Shown here: positions 1-7,489 of the stretch, piece by piece
How positions within the stretch are numbered: position 1 is the stretch's first letter
How the letters are laid out: each line of letters opens with the position of its first letter
Origin: Candidatus Bathyarchaeota archaeon
GTDB lineage: Archaea > Thermoproteota > Bathyarchaeia > Bathyarchaeales > Bathycorpusculaceae
Direction of reading: 5' to 3'
Assembly: GCA_963739305.1 (NCBI GenBank)
Contig: CAVTZU010000029.1
Location: forward strand, 1-14,810
DNA length: 14,810 bases
Program-made: the position numbers and the translations under genes
The notes under the pieces: generated by a model
What the model was told of the DNA's origin: nothing
What the model saw: the letters and a program-made list of their open reading frames with translations, nothing else
The model's database searches: none

Positions 1-800
1 GGTGTTGAGTTGTTTATGACCCATTATGATTCGTACTGTTTCGGTGTTCTGTGTTCTGTGTAGTTGCTTGGTGCAATAGTAGTGTCTCAAGTCGTAGAGT
101 CGTATGTTGTGGATTGATGGGTCGTTGAGTTTCTTGGCTAGTTTGTTTCTGAATCGTCTGAAGTGTTCGCCGTATCTTTTGACGTTGCCTTTGAATAGTA
201 GGTCGTTTCCTTTCTGAGGTTGTGTTTGCGTATGTAGTCTTGGATTCTTCCCATTAGTTCGGGTGTGATGTTTGTGGTGGTCTTGGGTTGCATCCTTTGG
301 TTATTCGTGCGGTGATGGTGTTTGTTTCTGGGTGGATGTCTTTGACTTTGAGACCTTTCTCGCCGTAGTATTTCGATAGGTCTTAGTCCTGTTCGTCTGT
401 GATAGTCAATCAGTATTGAGAGTCTGCCTTTGGCTGATGCAATTAGCATTTGTACCTTTTCTTGTGTTGGTGGTTGGATGGTTGTTGGTTCGGGTGTGTA
501 GATGGGTTTTTCCCAGAATATTTGATTCAGTTTACAGTATGTTGCATAGCAGTCACATAGCTTAGATTTGTAGTTGTTTGTGATGGGTCTTCCGTTTGCT
601 TGTTTGTATCGGGCTATTGCTAATTCAACGGTTTTTGTGTCGTTCAAGCTCTGATCGTATTGCTAGTGCTTTCAGGGACTTCTCGTACATTCGGATTGTG
701 TTTGGACTTCTTCCTTTTCCTTCGAGGTGTAGTAGAAGCTTTTGTATACTTGGTAGTTGTTGGATGTATTGCGGGTGGGCGAGTAGCTCAGCACGGATTG
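1..800 (-). pseudogene. Tyrosine recombinase/site-specific integrase, multiply frameshifted, 3' end outside the window
   Basis: Manual translation across frames gives LLLHLEGKGRSPNTIRMYEKSLKAL (N-terminal core-binding-like), TGLRPIEI (box I Arg), GLKVKDIHPETNTITARITKG (catalytic Lys region), and LFKGNVKRYGEHFRRFRNKLAKKLNDPSIHNIRLYDLRHYYCT...IIMGHKQLNT (box II and GH motif). At least 4 frameshifts are needed. The track ORF 138..647 covers only part of it. The start is uncertain; the frame stays open antisense through the tRNA 5' half to about 810. Confidence 0.9.
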
Positions 801-908
801 GGTCTTTGCCTCAATGCTTCAAGTGGCGGGTGCTTTTGTAAGGGGAGTCACGGATAGAGCACCAGCCTCCTAAGTTGGGGGTCGTGGGTTCAAATCCCAC
901 CTCGCCCG
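777..908 (+). tRNA. tRNA-Arg(CCT) with a 57-nt insertion in the D-loop
   Basis: Acceptor GGGCGAG(777-783)/CTCGCCC(901-907); D-stem GCTC(786-789)/GAGC(857-860); anticodon stem CCAGC/GTTGG with loop CT-CCT-AA (anticodon 869-871); T-arm GTGGG-TTCAAAT-CCCAC; discriminator G908; no encoded CCA. Removing one CACGGAT copy plus the intervening DNA restores a normal D-loop AGCACGGATA. Confidence 0.88.
792..855 (+). repeat. 7-bp direct repeat CACGGAT (792-798, 849-855) bounding the D-loop insert
   Basis: Read directly from the sequence; offset 57 nt. Confidence 0.9.
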
Positions 909-953
909 CTACAGACGAACCCAGCCCGGTCTTATGAAATTTCTTTTAATGGT

Positions 954-1114
954 TCATTTCCGTTTTCGGAAGGCTTTGTTGTCTTCATAGTCGCAGACAA
1001 ATTCGAATCCTGCTTCTATGGGCTGGGTGACTTCCTGTTCTGAGTGGGCTATTTTCGCCGTGTAGTCACATCATCTTTGAGGTTGACGAGTTGGGTGTAG
1101 ACTAGGGTGTTGCT
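954..1114 (-). pseudogene. C-terminal remnant of a tyrosine integrase (includes the catalytic Tyr region)
   Basis: Translates SNTLVYTQLVNLKDD / (frameshift near 1070) DYTAKIAHSEQEVTQPIEAGFEFVCDYEDNKAFRKRK*, resembling the C-terminal tail of archaeal tRNA-adjacent integrases. It ends 45 bp from the tRNA 3' end, convergent with it. Confidence 0.75.
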
Positions 1115-1304
1115 AAGATCATACTCAAGTATTTCGCGCACGGGGCTGCCTTGCGTTTCTTGCTGAAGAACGAAGGATACCGTTGCATGTCCTCGTATAT
1201 TGGTCTGGGCATACGTCCTGAATAGATGTCCGGGTGGCCTTCAGGGTTTACAAGCGGATACTTTACTTTGATGTTTCTTATTGTCATTCGGTAGACTTGG
1301 TAGA

Positions 1305-1314
1305 CGCGCGCGCG
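1305..1314. repeat. (CG)5 run
   Basis: CGCGCGCGCG, downstream of the terminator of gene 1396-1809. Confidence 0.9.
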
Positions 1315-1343
1315 AAATGATGCTTGCTTGCCCAACTTCACCC

Positions 1344-1368
1344 GAAAGAAAAAAGGTTAAAAAAAGGG
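1344..1368 (-). terminator. Poly-T terminator of gene 1396-1809
   Basis: Minus strand reads CCCTTTTTTTAACCTTTTTTCTTTC about 30 nt after the stop codon. Confidence 0.6.
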
Positions 1369-1395
1369 ATTAGAAAATATGGAGCGTTTTAGATT

Positions 1396-1809
1396 CTATG
1401 ATATTATGAATGGTTCGTTTATGGTTGCCTTAAAGTCCCAAGGACCTGCTCCTGACAAAGTATATGTTATCCTTGCTTTCCCAAAAGCATCAGTTGTAAC
1501 AGGTGAACTAGGAATCTCAGTCCAAGCTCCGCCATTGATTGAAACCCAGAAGTGAACGCTTAATCCCTTAACTGAAATGACACTTGGTCCAACTACCGTA
1601 GCGTTGAGGTCAATCACATTAAGTGTGTCATCGTCTTCCTTAGCAGACAGCGTAAGAGTATATTTCGGGGCAGTTACGTGTATGATGTTGCTTGTAAGCA
1701 TGTAGTCAGCATACGCTGCCGTAGCCGCACATACAATAGCCAGCATTACAATAGATGCCAGAAGCATTTTCCTTCTCTTCGTTGAAACAAGACTTTTCAT
1801 ATTCATCAT
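1396..1809 (-). CDS. Secreted or surface protein, probable Ig-like beta-sandwich
   Basis: Basic N-terminus (KRRK), hydrophobic helix and AYA cleavage-like site; beta-strand-rich mature part with VTTDAFGKARITY; SD GGGGTGA directly upstream. Confidence 0.75.
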   Translation of the reverse strand: MMNMKSLVSTKRRKMLLASIVMLAIVCAATAAYADYMLTSNIIHVTAPKYTLTLSAKEDDDTLNVIDLNATVVGPSVISVKGLSVHFWVSINGGAWTEIPSSPVTTDAFGKARITYTLSGAGPWDFKATINEPFIIS

Positions 1810-1857
1810 ATCACCCCCTATGTTTATTCATTTTAAGGATGACCGTCATATTCGTGA

Positions 1858-1866
1858 CGCGCGCGC
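1858..1866. repeat. Alternating CG run (9 nt)
   Basis: CGCGCGCGC, about 50 bp upstream of the start of gene 1396-1809. Confidence 0.9.
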
Positions 1867-1988
1867 ACAAAACGAGAGAGATTAATGCGTTTCTCCACAT
1901 GGCGTATACGCCTAGCCTTGACCGCCTGTGCGCTATTTAATTGGCACGCTCTTAACTCTTATGATACTTTCTTCTATGCCCGCTTTCT

Positions 1989-1996
1989 GCGCGCGC
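1989..1996. repeat. (GC)4 run
   Basis: GCGCGCGC in an intergenic region. Confidence 0.9.
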
Positions 1997-2057
1997 TATC
2001 AATCAAAGTTCCTTCTTTCAACAGAGTAAACTCGTTCAACAGGACTCCGACCATCAT
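1997..2057 (-). pseudogene. Possible N-terminal stub of an amidohydrolase-family gene
   Basis: MMVGVLLNEFTLLKEGTLID, then the (GC)4 run. GGAG precedes TTG at 2039. LLKxGTLID resembles the first beta strands of metal-dependent amidohydrolases. Confidence 0.4.
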
Positions 2058-2068
2058 TTCAATTAATT

Positions 2069-2082
2069 AAAGCGCGCGCTTT
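2069..2082. repeat. 14-bp palindrome AAAGCGCGCGCTTT
   Basis: Perfect palindrome with a (GC)4 core at 2072-2079. Confidence 0.9.
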
Positions 2083-2166
2083 GGGTTTGGGATAAAACTT
2101 TGCTCCGAACCAAAACAAAGAGAAAAAAAGGGGTTTGCAGGATGTGACGAAGGCGGAACTGACACA

Positions 2167-2367
2167 TTATTCGATTTTCTTTTTTGCCTTTTCTAAGGCT
2201 TCCTTGGTTTTTTCGACGCCCTTTTCGCCGGCTTCTTTGACTTTTCCACCAGCCGTCTTGGCTCCTTGGACTCCTTTTTCACCTGCTGTTTTTGCTGCAT
2301 CAGCAGCCCTTTTTGCTTCCTCTTCAGCCTTTTTCTTCGCTTTATTCAAGAATGACATATTCATCAC
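2167..2367 (-). CDS. Small Lys/Ala/Glu-rich repeat protein (LEA/general-stress-like)
   Basis: Internal repeats AKTAG and AGEKGV; highly hydrophilic; poly-T tract downstream (about 2113-2133 on the minus strand). Confidence 0.75.
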   Translation of the reverse strand: MMNMSFLNKAKKKAEEEAKRAADAAKTAGEKGVQGAKTAGGKVKEAGEKGVEKTKEALEKAKKKIE

Positions 2368-2455
2368 TCTAACAAGACATCTTCTTTTTGCCTAAAAACA
2401 TATTGGACAAACACGCGAGACCTAGAAAAAGCTAAGGCGGCGCCGCTAAGGGTGC

Positions 2456-4858
2456 TCACTTGAGAGTCCAAACGAGTGCGACTAGACGAACTGTAATGTT
2501 TGTTTTGGTTGGTGTGACTGAGATGTTTTCTAGGTCTTCGGTTAATGGGTTAGTTTTCGTCTCCAACGCGTTCACTTCCGACTGAAATTGCGTCTCAAGA
2601 TTGGCCCTTTCCTGCTGCAAAGTCTTCAAGTTTGCTTCAGCGCCTTCTTTGTCACGTGATTCCTTCATGCTGCGGCCTATTTCGCGAGCGGTTCTTGTGG
2701 CGCCGCTACCGGTCTTCCTTCCGAGGAAGGAGCCAAGGAGCGTTGCTCCAAACGACACGGCAGCTTGATATTTCTCTCCCTTTGCTTGACTTTCCTGTTC
2801 TTGTAACACAGTCGTTGCACGCCTGATCCGTTCGTCGAGTCTTGCGAAGTCTGAACTGTATTTTTGTCTCAGCTTTTCGACCTGTTGGTCGCGCTGTTCC
2901 CTTCCTTTCTGTTGAAGGCGTATTCTGAAATCCCGTTCTGTCTCATCTGGTCCTGAGAATTCGTTGAGATTGCCGCTTTTCATCAATTGCAGTTTTTGGG
3001 TTCTGAACAGCCAATTCGAGAAGTCTTTTGACCAAAAGCCATAATTTTTTGGTATAGCGGCAGCTGACGGCAGATCAGCAAATGAGACTCCCTGACTTGG
3101 TGCGTTGCTCAGTTCTGAGACCTTTATGTTGGCCTCTCTTGAATTGTCCCAATTGACAGCTATAGGGTCATTTGTAATGGAAGTGAGGAATACCAACTCT
3201 TTTGTAGTGTCGATTCGTGCTTTTGTGTCGACAAACCGCACTTGCGCTGTCCCAAGAATAGCGGGTTGATAGATCTCTTCCGTCTTCATCAATTGGTTCT
3301 GGCCACTCGAGACAAAATATTGTGGCACATCGGGAGGCACGACGGGTCTTTGAGGGATTCCTTTGAGGCTTGGCGACAGGGCTGTTGGGGTTGAGGGAGT
3401 CGATAGTGCTGCCGTTTGTGTTTGAGAGGCTGTCGTTTGTTGGGTTCTTAGTGGGTCAACGAGAATTCTGATCTGATCTCTTGTTAAGGGGCCACGAAGG
3501 TAGGACATTGCCCATCTGGTTTCGAATACTACCGGATTGTCCTCATGGACATCGTTCATAAGAAATACTCGATTCCCAAGAGCAGAGAGAGTCTGGTCCA
3601 TGCTCTGACGATCAAACTGTCCTTGACTTGTGAGGGCAGCGCTTTCGAGTCCGTCTAGTACATGTGCCTTGTCTTGTTCAGTCTGCAGCCGTCCGAGAAA
3701 CCACGTACCAGCATTCGAAAGGGCTTTGTAGTCTAGATCGACTGGATTTTGCGTCGCAAGTACGATTCCAAGACCGAAGGCACGTGCCTGCTTCAGGAGC
3801 GTCAGCAAAGGCGTCTTCGACGGTGGATTGGCCAAAGGTGGAAGGTAACCGAAAACTTCATCGATGTAAACAATCGAGCGCAGACTTGCAGTTCCAGACT
3901 GTGTGCGCATCCAGCCCACTATCTGATTGAGTAATAGAGATACGAAGAACATCCGTTGCGTATCGTTCAGGTGTGCAATGTAGAATATTGATACTTTTGG
4001 TTTGCCGCTCGTGGAATGGAGCAGTTTGTTGACGTCAAGTGGATCTCCTTCGAGCCAGAGGCTGAACCCTGGAGCTGCAAGAAGATTGTTCAGTTGCATA
4101 GCTAGTTCAAATCGGTTCTTGGATGGATAGAATGATTCTATGTCAAGGACCCCGATGCGACTCATAGGCGGAGACTGAATGAGTTGAATGAGTCCACCGA
4201 TGTCTAAGTCTTCGCCACGCTGCCAGGTTGCAGCAAGTATGGTGGAGATCAGTATATGTTCCCTTGAACGGATTGGGTCAGCTTCTATCCCCAGCAATCC
4301 GAGAAGGCTTGTGACCGTGGTTGTGATTCTCTCTTGGAAGAGTTCATTGTCTTCCCTGATCTCAGGTGTGGGAGCCGCAAAAGATTTCAGAATCGAGATT
4401 GGGAGACCCGCGTTGCTGCCTGGGGTGTAGATGGCAAAGTCTGCAGAATCACGAAGGCGTTGGATGCGCTTGCCGTCCTCCCCCCACTTTAGAAGACCGT
4501 TTTTCCATAGGTCTGCCTGCTGATTGGCGTATTCCTGCGTTGAGACCCCCTTCTTGAGGGCTTCTTCTTCATTTATCCAAGGAAGAAAATCTTGACTTCT
4601 CAATTCGGGAAATGTCAGCAGAAGATTTGTGATGTCTCCTTTTGGATCGATCACGATGGCTGGAATACCATCGATTGCCGCTTCCTCAATGAGAGACATG
4701 CACAGACCCGTCTTCCCGCTACCAGTCATACCGATGCAAACCGCATGTGTGACCAAATCCCTCGAATCATACAATAACAGGTCTTCCAATCCTGATTTGT
4801 TACGAACATCATAGAGACGCCCAAGGTAGAAGACTCCTAGCTTCTCAAAATCCTGCAT
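2456..4858 (-). CDS. HerA/FtsK-superfamily P-loop ATPase (DUF87/DUF853-like) with C-terminal coiled coil
   Basis: Walker A GMTGSGKT, IVIDPKGD, Walker B YIDEVFG, QARAFG (Arg finger region), LATQNP; 800 aa; SD AGGAG upstream. Confidence 0.9.
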   Translation of the reverse strand: MQDFEKLGVFYLGRLYDVRNKSGLEDLLLYDSRDLVTHAVCIGMTGSGKTGLCMSLIEEAAIDGIPAIVIDPKGDITNLLLTFPELRSQDFLPWINEEEALKKGVSTQEYANQQADLWKNGLLKWGEDGKRIQRLRDSADFAIYTPGSNAGLPISILKSFAAPTPEIREDNELFQERITTTVTSLLGLLGIEADPIRSREHILISTILAATWQRGEDLDIGGLIQLIQSPPMSRIGVLDIESFYPSKNRFELAMQLNNLLAAPGFSLWLEGDPLDVNKLLHSTSGKPKVSIFYIAHLNDTQRMFFVSLLLNQIVGWMRTQSGTASLRSIVYIDEVFGYLPPLANPPSKTPLLTLLKQARAFGLGIVLATQNPVDLDYKALSNAGTWFLGRLQTEQDKAHVLDGLESAALTSQGQFDRQSMDQTLSALGNRVFLMNDVHEDNPVVFETRWAMSYLRGPLTRDQIRILVDPLRTQQTTASQTQTAALSTPSTPTALSPSLKGIPQRPVVPPDVPQYFVSSGQNQLMKTEEIYQPAILGTAQVRFVDTKARIDTTKELVFLTSITNDPIAVNWDNSREANIKVSELSNAPSQGVSFADLPSAAAIPKNYGFWSKDFSNWLFRTQKLQLMKSGNLNEFSGPDETERDFRIRLQQKGREQRDQQVEKLRQKYSSDFARLDERIRRATTVLQEQESQAKGEKYQAAVSFGATLLGSFLGRKTGSGATRTAREIGRSMKESRDKEGAEANLKTLQQERANLETQFQSEVNALETKTNPLTEDLENISVTPTKTNITVRLVALVWTLK

Positions 4859-4936
4859 GATTTACACTCCTTGTTAGGCTGATAGTCCGTATCATCCAGG
4901 CTCTATTTTATCGTTTTTGTTCCGTCCAAGATCAAC

Positions 4937-4950
4937 CGCGTGCGCACGCG
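4937..4950. repeat. 14-bp alternating purine/pyrimidine palindrome CGCGTGCGCACGCG
   Basis: Perfect palindrome between divergent genes. Confidence 0.85.
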
Positions 4951-5104
4951 TTTGAGTGAGAGCCGTTGTAAAGGCATGGAAATCGCATGCCCTAGGCATT
5001 AAGAGAGTGAATTGGCACTAAATTAGGACTTGATCACAATCTTGCACTTATGCGACGAAAACCTTTTCTATCAACTCAACAACAACTGGTAGCAGGTGAT
5101 ATCT

Positions 5105-5290
5105 TTGCCAGAGCCAAAGTTTGAATGGTTCAAAGACAAAGCAGGAAAATTCAGGTTCCATCTGCTAGCAGCTAACGGAGAGATAATTGCAGTAAGCGAA
5201 GGCTACTCCTCAAAGGAAGCATGCGTCAACGGCATCGAATCGGTAAAGAAGAACGCTCCGATTGCCAAAATAGTAGAAACCAAACAATAG
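5105..5290 (+). CDS. DUF1508 (YegP/HVO_2922-like) protein
   Basis: FEWFKDKAGKFRFHLLAANGEIIAVSEGYSSKEACVNGIESVKKNAP signature. SD AGGTGA at 5094-5099 favours a TTG start at 5105. Poly-T terminator at about 5318-5333. Confidence 0.9.
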   Translation: MPEPKFEWFKDKAGKFRFHLLAANGEIIAVSEGYSSKEACVNGIESVKKNAPIAKIVETKQ

Positions 5291-5538
5291 CATCTTTTAG
5301 CAACAAGACAAGATAACCCCTTCTTTTTCTTTTAGCGTGCCCGACAAGGCTTACAAATGAAACTGGACAAAAGCCGTTTCGGGTGATTCGTTGGCAAAAG
5401 AAGATGAAATGTTAGAAAACTGAAGAGCGCGCACCTCGTTGTTTACTAGTATTTCACGATAACTTCAGGTCTTGTTCAGAAAAGATAAGAGCGGGCGTGC
5501 AAACTGAGGAGTTCAGAGTGTTCCAAAGAGGTTCAAGT

Positions 5539-6276
5539 ATGAAAGTTTTGGCTTTCAACGCAAGTCCGCTTATGGAAAAGGGAAACACTGCCCTCCTGTT
5601 AGAGCCCTTTTTGGAGGGGACGAGGGAAGAGGGTTGCGACGTAGAACTATTCTATACGTGCAGGCTTCACGTGAATCCGTGTTTAGGTGACAGAGGCTGC
5701 TGGACGAAAACACCGGGCAGGTGCGTTCAGAACGATGACGTGAAGATGCTTCTGCCGAAAATACAAGAAGCCGACATCATTGTTTTCGCGTCGCCAGTGT
5801 ACGTTGACGGAATGCCTGGAACCTTGAAGAACCTCATTGACCGCCTCATCCCCATCGTCGAGCCTTATTTTGTCATGCAAGACAGGCACTGCAGGCATCC
5901 TTTGCGCAAGCCTCACAAACACTCCAAAGTAGTTCTGATTTCAAACTGCGGTTTCTGGGAGATGGACAACTTCGAACCGCTCGTCACGCATATGCAGGCG
6001 ATATGCAAGAACACGTGTTGGGAGTTTGCTGGTGCTCTCTTGCGTCCTCACGGTGAAGCACTAGGCTACATGGTCAGAAAGGGGATCCCAGTTCAAGACG
6101 TACTTGATGCAGCGAAGAACGCTGGAAAAGAACTCGTTCGAACCGGAAAAATAAGCGAAGAAAACATGAAAATCGTAAGCCGAAACCTGGTCCCGCTAGA
6201 GACGTACGTAGAAATGACGAATAAAGGTTTCAAACAAGCCCTCGACAGACTCGGTCAAACCAAAGGCTCTCACTGA
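5539..6276 (+). CDS. Flavodoxin-family / iron-sulfur flavoprotein (NADPH-dependent FMN reductase fold)
   Basis: MKVLAFNASP..GNT, CLGDRGCW...C, ADIIVFASPVY...LKNLIDR; SD GAGGT before ATG 5539. Confidence 0.88.
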   Translation: MKVLAFNASPLMEKGNTALLLEPFLEGTREEGCDVELFYTCRLHVNPCLGDRGCWTKTPGRCVQNDDVKMLLPKIQEADIIVFASPVYVDGMPGTLKNLIDRLIPIVEPYFVMQDRHCRHPLRKPHKHSKVVLISNCGFWEMDNFEPLVTHMQAICKNTCWEFAGALLRPHGEALGYMVRKGIPVQDVLDAAKNAGKELVRTGKISEENMKIVSRNLVPLETYVEMTNKGFKQALDRLGQTKGSH

Positions 6277-6309
6277 GCTGATCTTCCCAGGTTCAACCTT
6301 ATCTGGTCG

Positions 6310-7152
6310 TTAGACTTGGCATTTGGGGCAGACGAACACTTTTCCTCCCCCAAGGCTCAGCTCTTCTATAGGCGTCCCGCAAACTGGGCAGTCCTTTTTT
6401 CTCATGTTTGGCCCCATCGCTGGAACGTACCCGCCTTGCTTCTGATACAGGTCCAGAAATTGGTTTTTTCCGTTCAACCGGAGTCTCTCTCGAAGGACAA
6501 GTTTAACAGCGTTGTAAAGGGCTTTTTGCTCATTCAAGTTCAACTCGGAGGCTTTCCGCTTTGGGTGCAGCTTAGCCCTGTATATTACGTCTTGAAAGGC
6601 GCTGTTGCTCAGCCCAACTAATACAGCATCTTTGCCAACGAGTACAGATTTGAGCGCTCTGTTGTTGTCTGCTAAGAGTTTCGAAAACCGCTCGAACGTG
6701 AAATTCTCATCCACAGGTGAGAGCATCTCAGGATTGAAATCCCGCTTGAACACGTACGAGCTCGCTAGTTCATCGTCCTTCAACACTCTCAGCCCTCCCA
6801 TGCTAGTGAACCTCACCGTCAACACGGTTTTGTCGCAAAAATCAATCCTTAAATGGTATTTTTCTGGAACCGTCGTTTCGCATGAGTGATAGAAAATCTC
6901 GCCTCCGTACTCAGGGGCTAGAATGATGTTCATTTTGCCATCGAGTTTCACGAGTATGGCGTTCCCTCTCGAGGTGACAGACTCAACTTCTCGGTTTACA
7001 AGCTGATCAAAAGCTTTGGTGTCCTTGTTTATGAACCCAGTTTTCTGCAATCTTTCGCAGTCTCGAAGATGATAACTTCCGATGCGTTTGCCACGGAGTT
7101 CTTTGTTCATCTGTTCTGCGAGGATCCTTGCTTCCGGAAGCTCGATGCTCAT
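6310..7152 (-). CDS. Fpg/Nei-family DNA glycosylase-like protein (H2TH plus C4 zinc finger)
   Basis: N-terminal MSIELPEA, H2TH-like LKSVLVG...GLSNSAFQDVIYRAKLHP, C-terminal CPVC...CPKC. Confidence 0.85.
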   Translation of the reverse strand: MSIELPEARILAEQMNKELRGKRIGSYHLRDCERLQKTGFINKDTKAFDQLVNREVESVTSRGNAILVKLDGKMNIILAPEYGGEIFYHSCETTVPEKYHLRIDFCDKTVLTVRFTSMGGLRVLKDDELASSYVFKRDFNPEMLSPVDENFTFERFSKLLADNNRALKSVLVGKDAVLVGLSNSAFQDVIYRAKLHPKRKASELNLNEQKALYNAVKLVLRERLRLNGKNQFLDLYQKQGGYVPAMGPNMRKKDCPVCGTPIEELSLGGGKVFVCPKCQV

Positions 7153-7489
7153 CTGAAGTCTCCAATACACCCATTTTTGGTAAACCACTCTTAAAATCGT
7201 TTGTGCATTGATCGATGAGAGAAAGTTTAAGAACTCTCAGAATTTATTGTTGCTCGGTTTGTCTTGCAAATTCATACTCAGCCACGAGCACAACTAGCCC
7301 GTTCCGTGCCGAAAGAAATATTTTTCTGAACTGACCACATCAAGTCCTTCAGGATAGTGGAATCAGCAGACGGCAAGGTGTATGAGACTTGAAATCGAGT
7401 TACCCTTTACTGGTGCGGAAAATCCGGCAACAAACCGTTCTGCGGCAGCAGTCATTACCCCGAATGACTTAAAGAGGTGAAGACTTCAA

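Noticed and set aside
596-857. ORFs 596..841 and 660..857 (+)
   Set aside because: They are antisense to the integrase and overlap the tRNA; shadow ORFs.
1102-1341. 79-aa ORF (-)
   Set aside because: It spans a CG junction and starts next to a terminator, with no recognisable family; probably chimeric.
1305-2082. CG runs as a CRISPR array or classical attC sites
   Set aside because: The repeats are too short and irregularly spaced, with no cas genes and no RYYYAAC/GTTRRRY boxes with a long hairpin.
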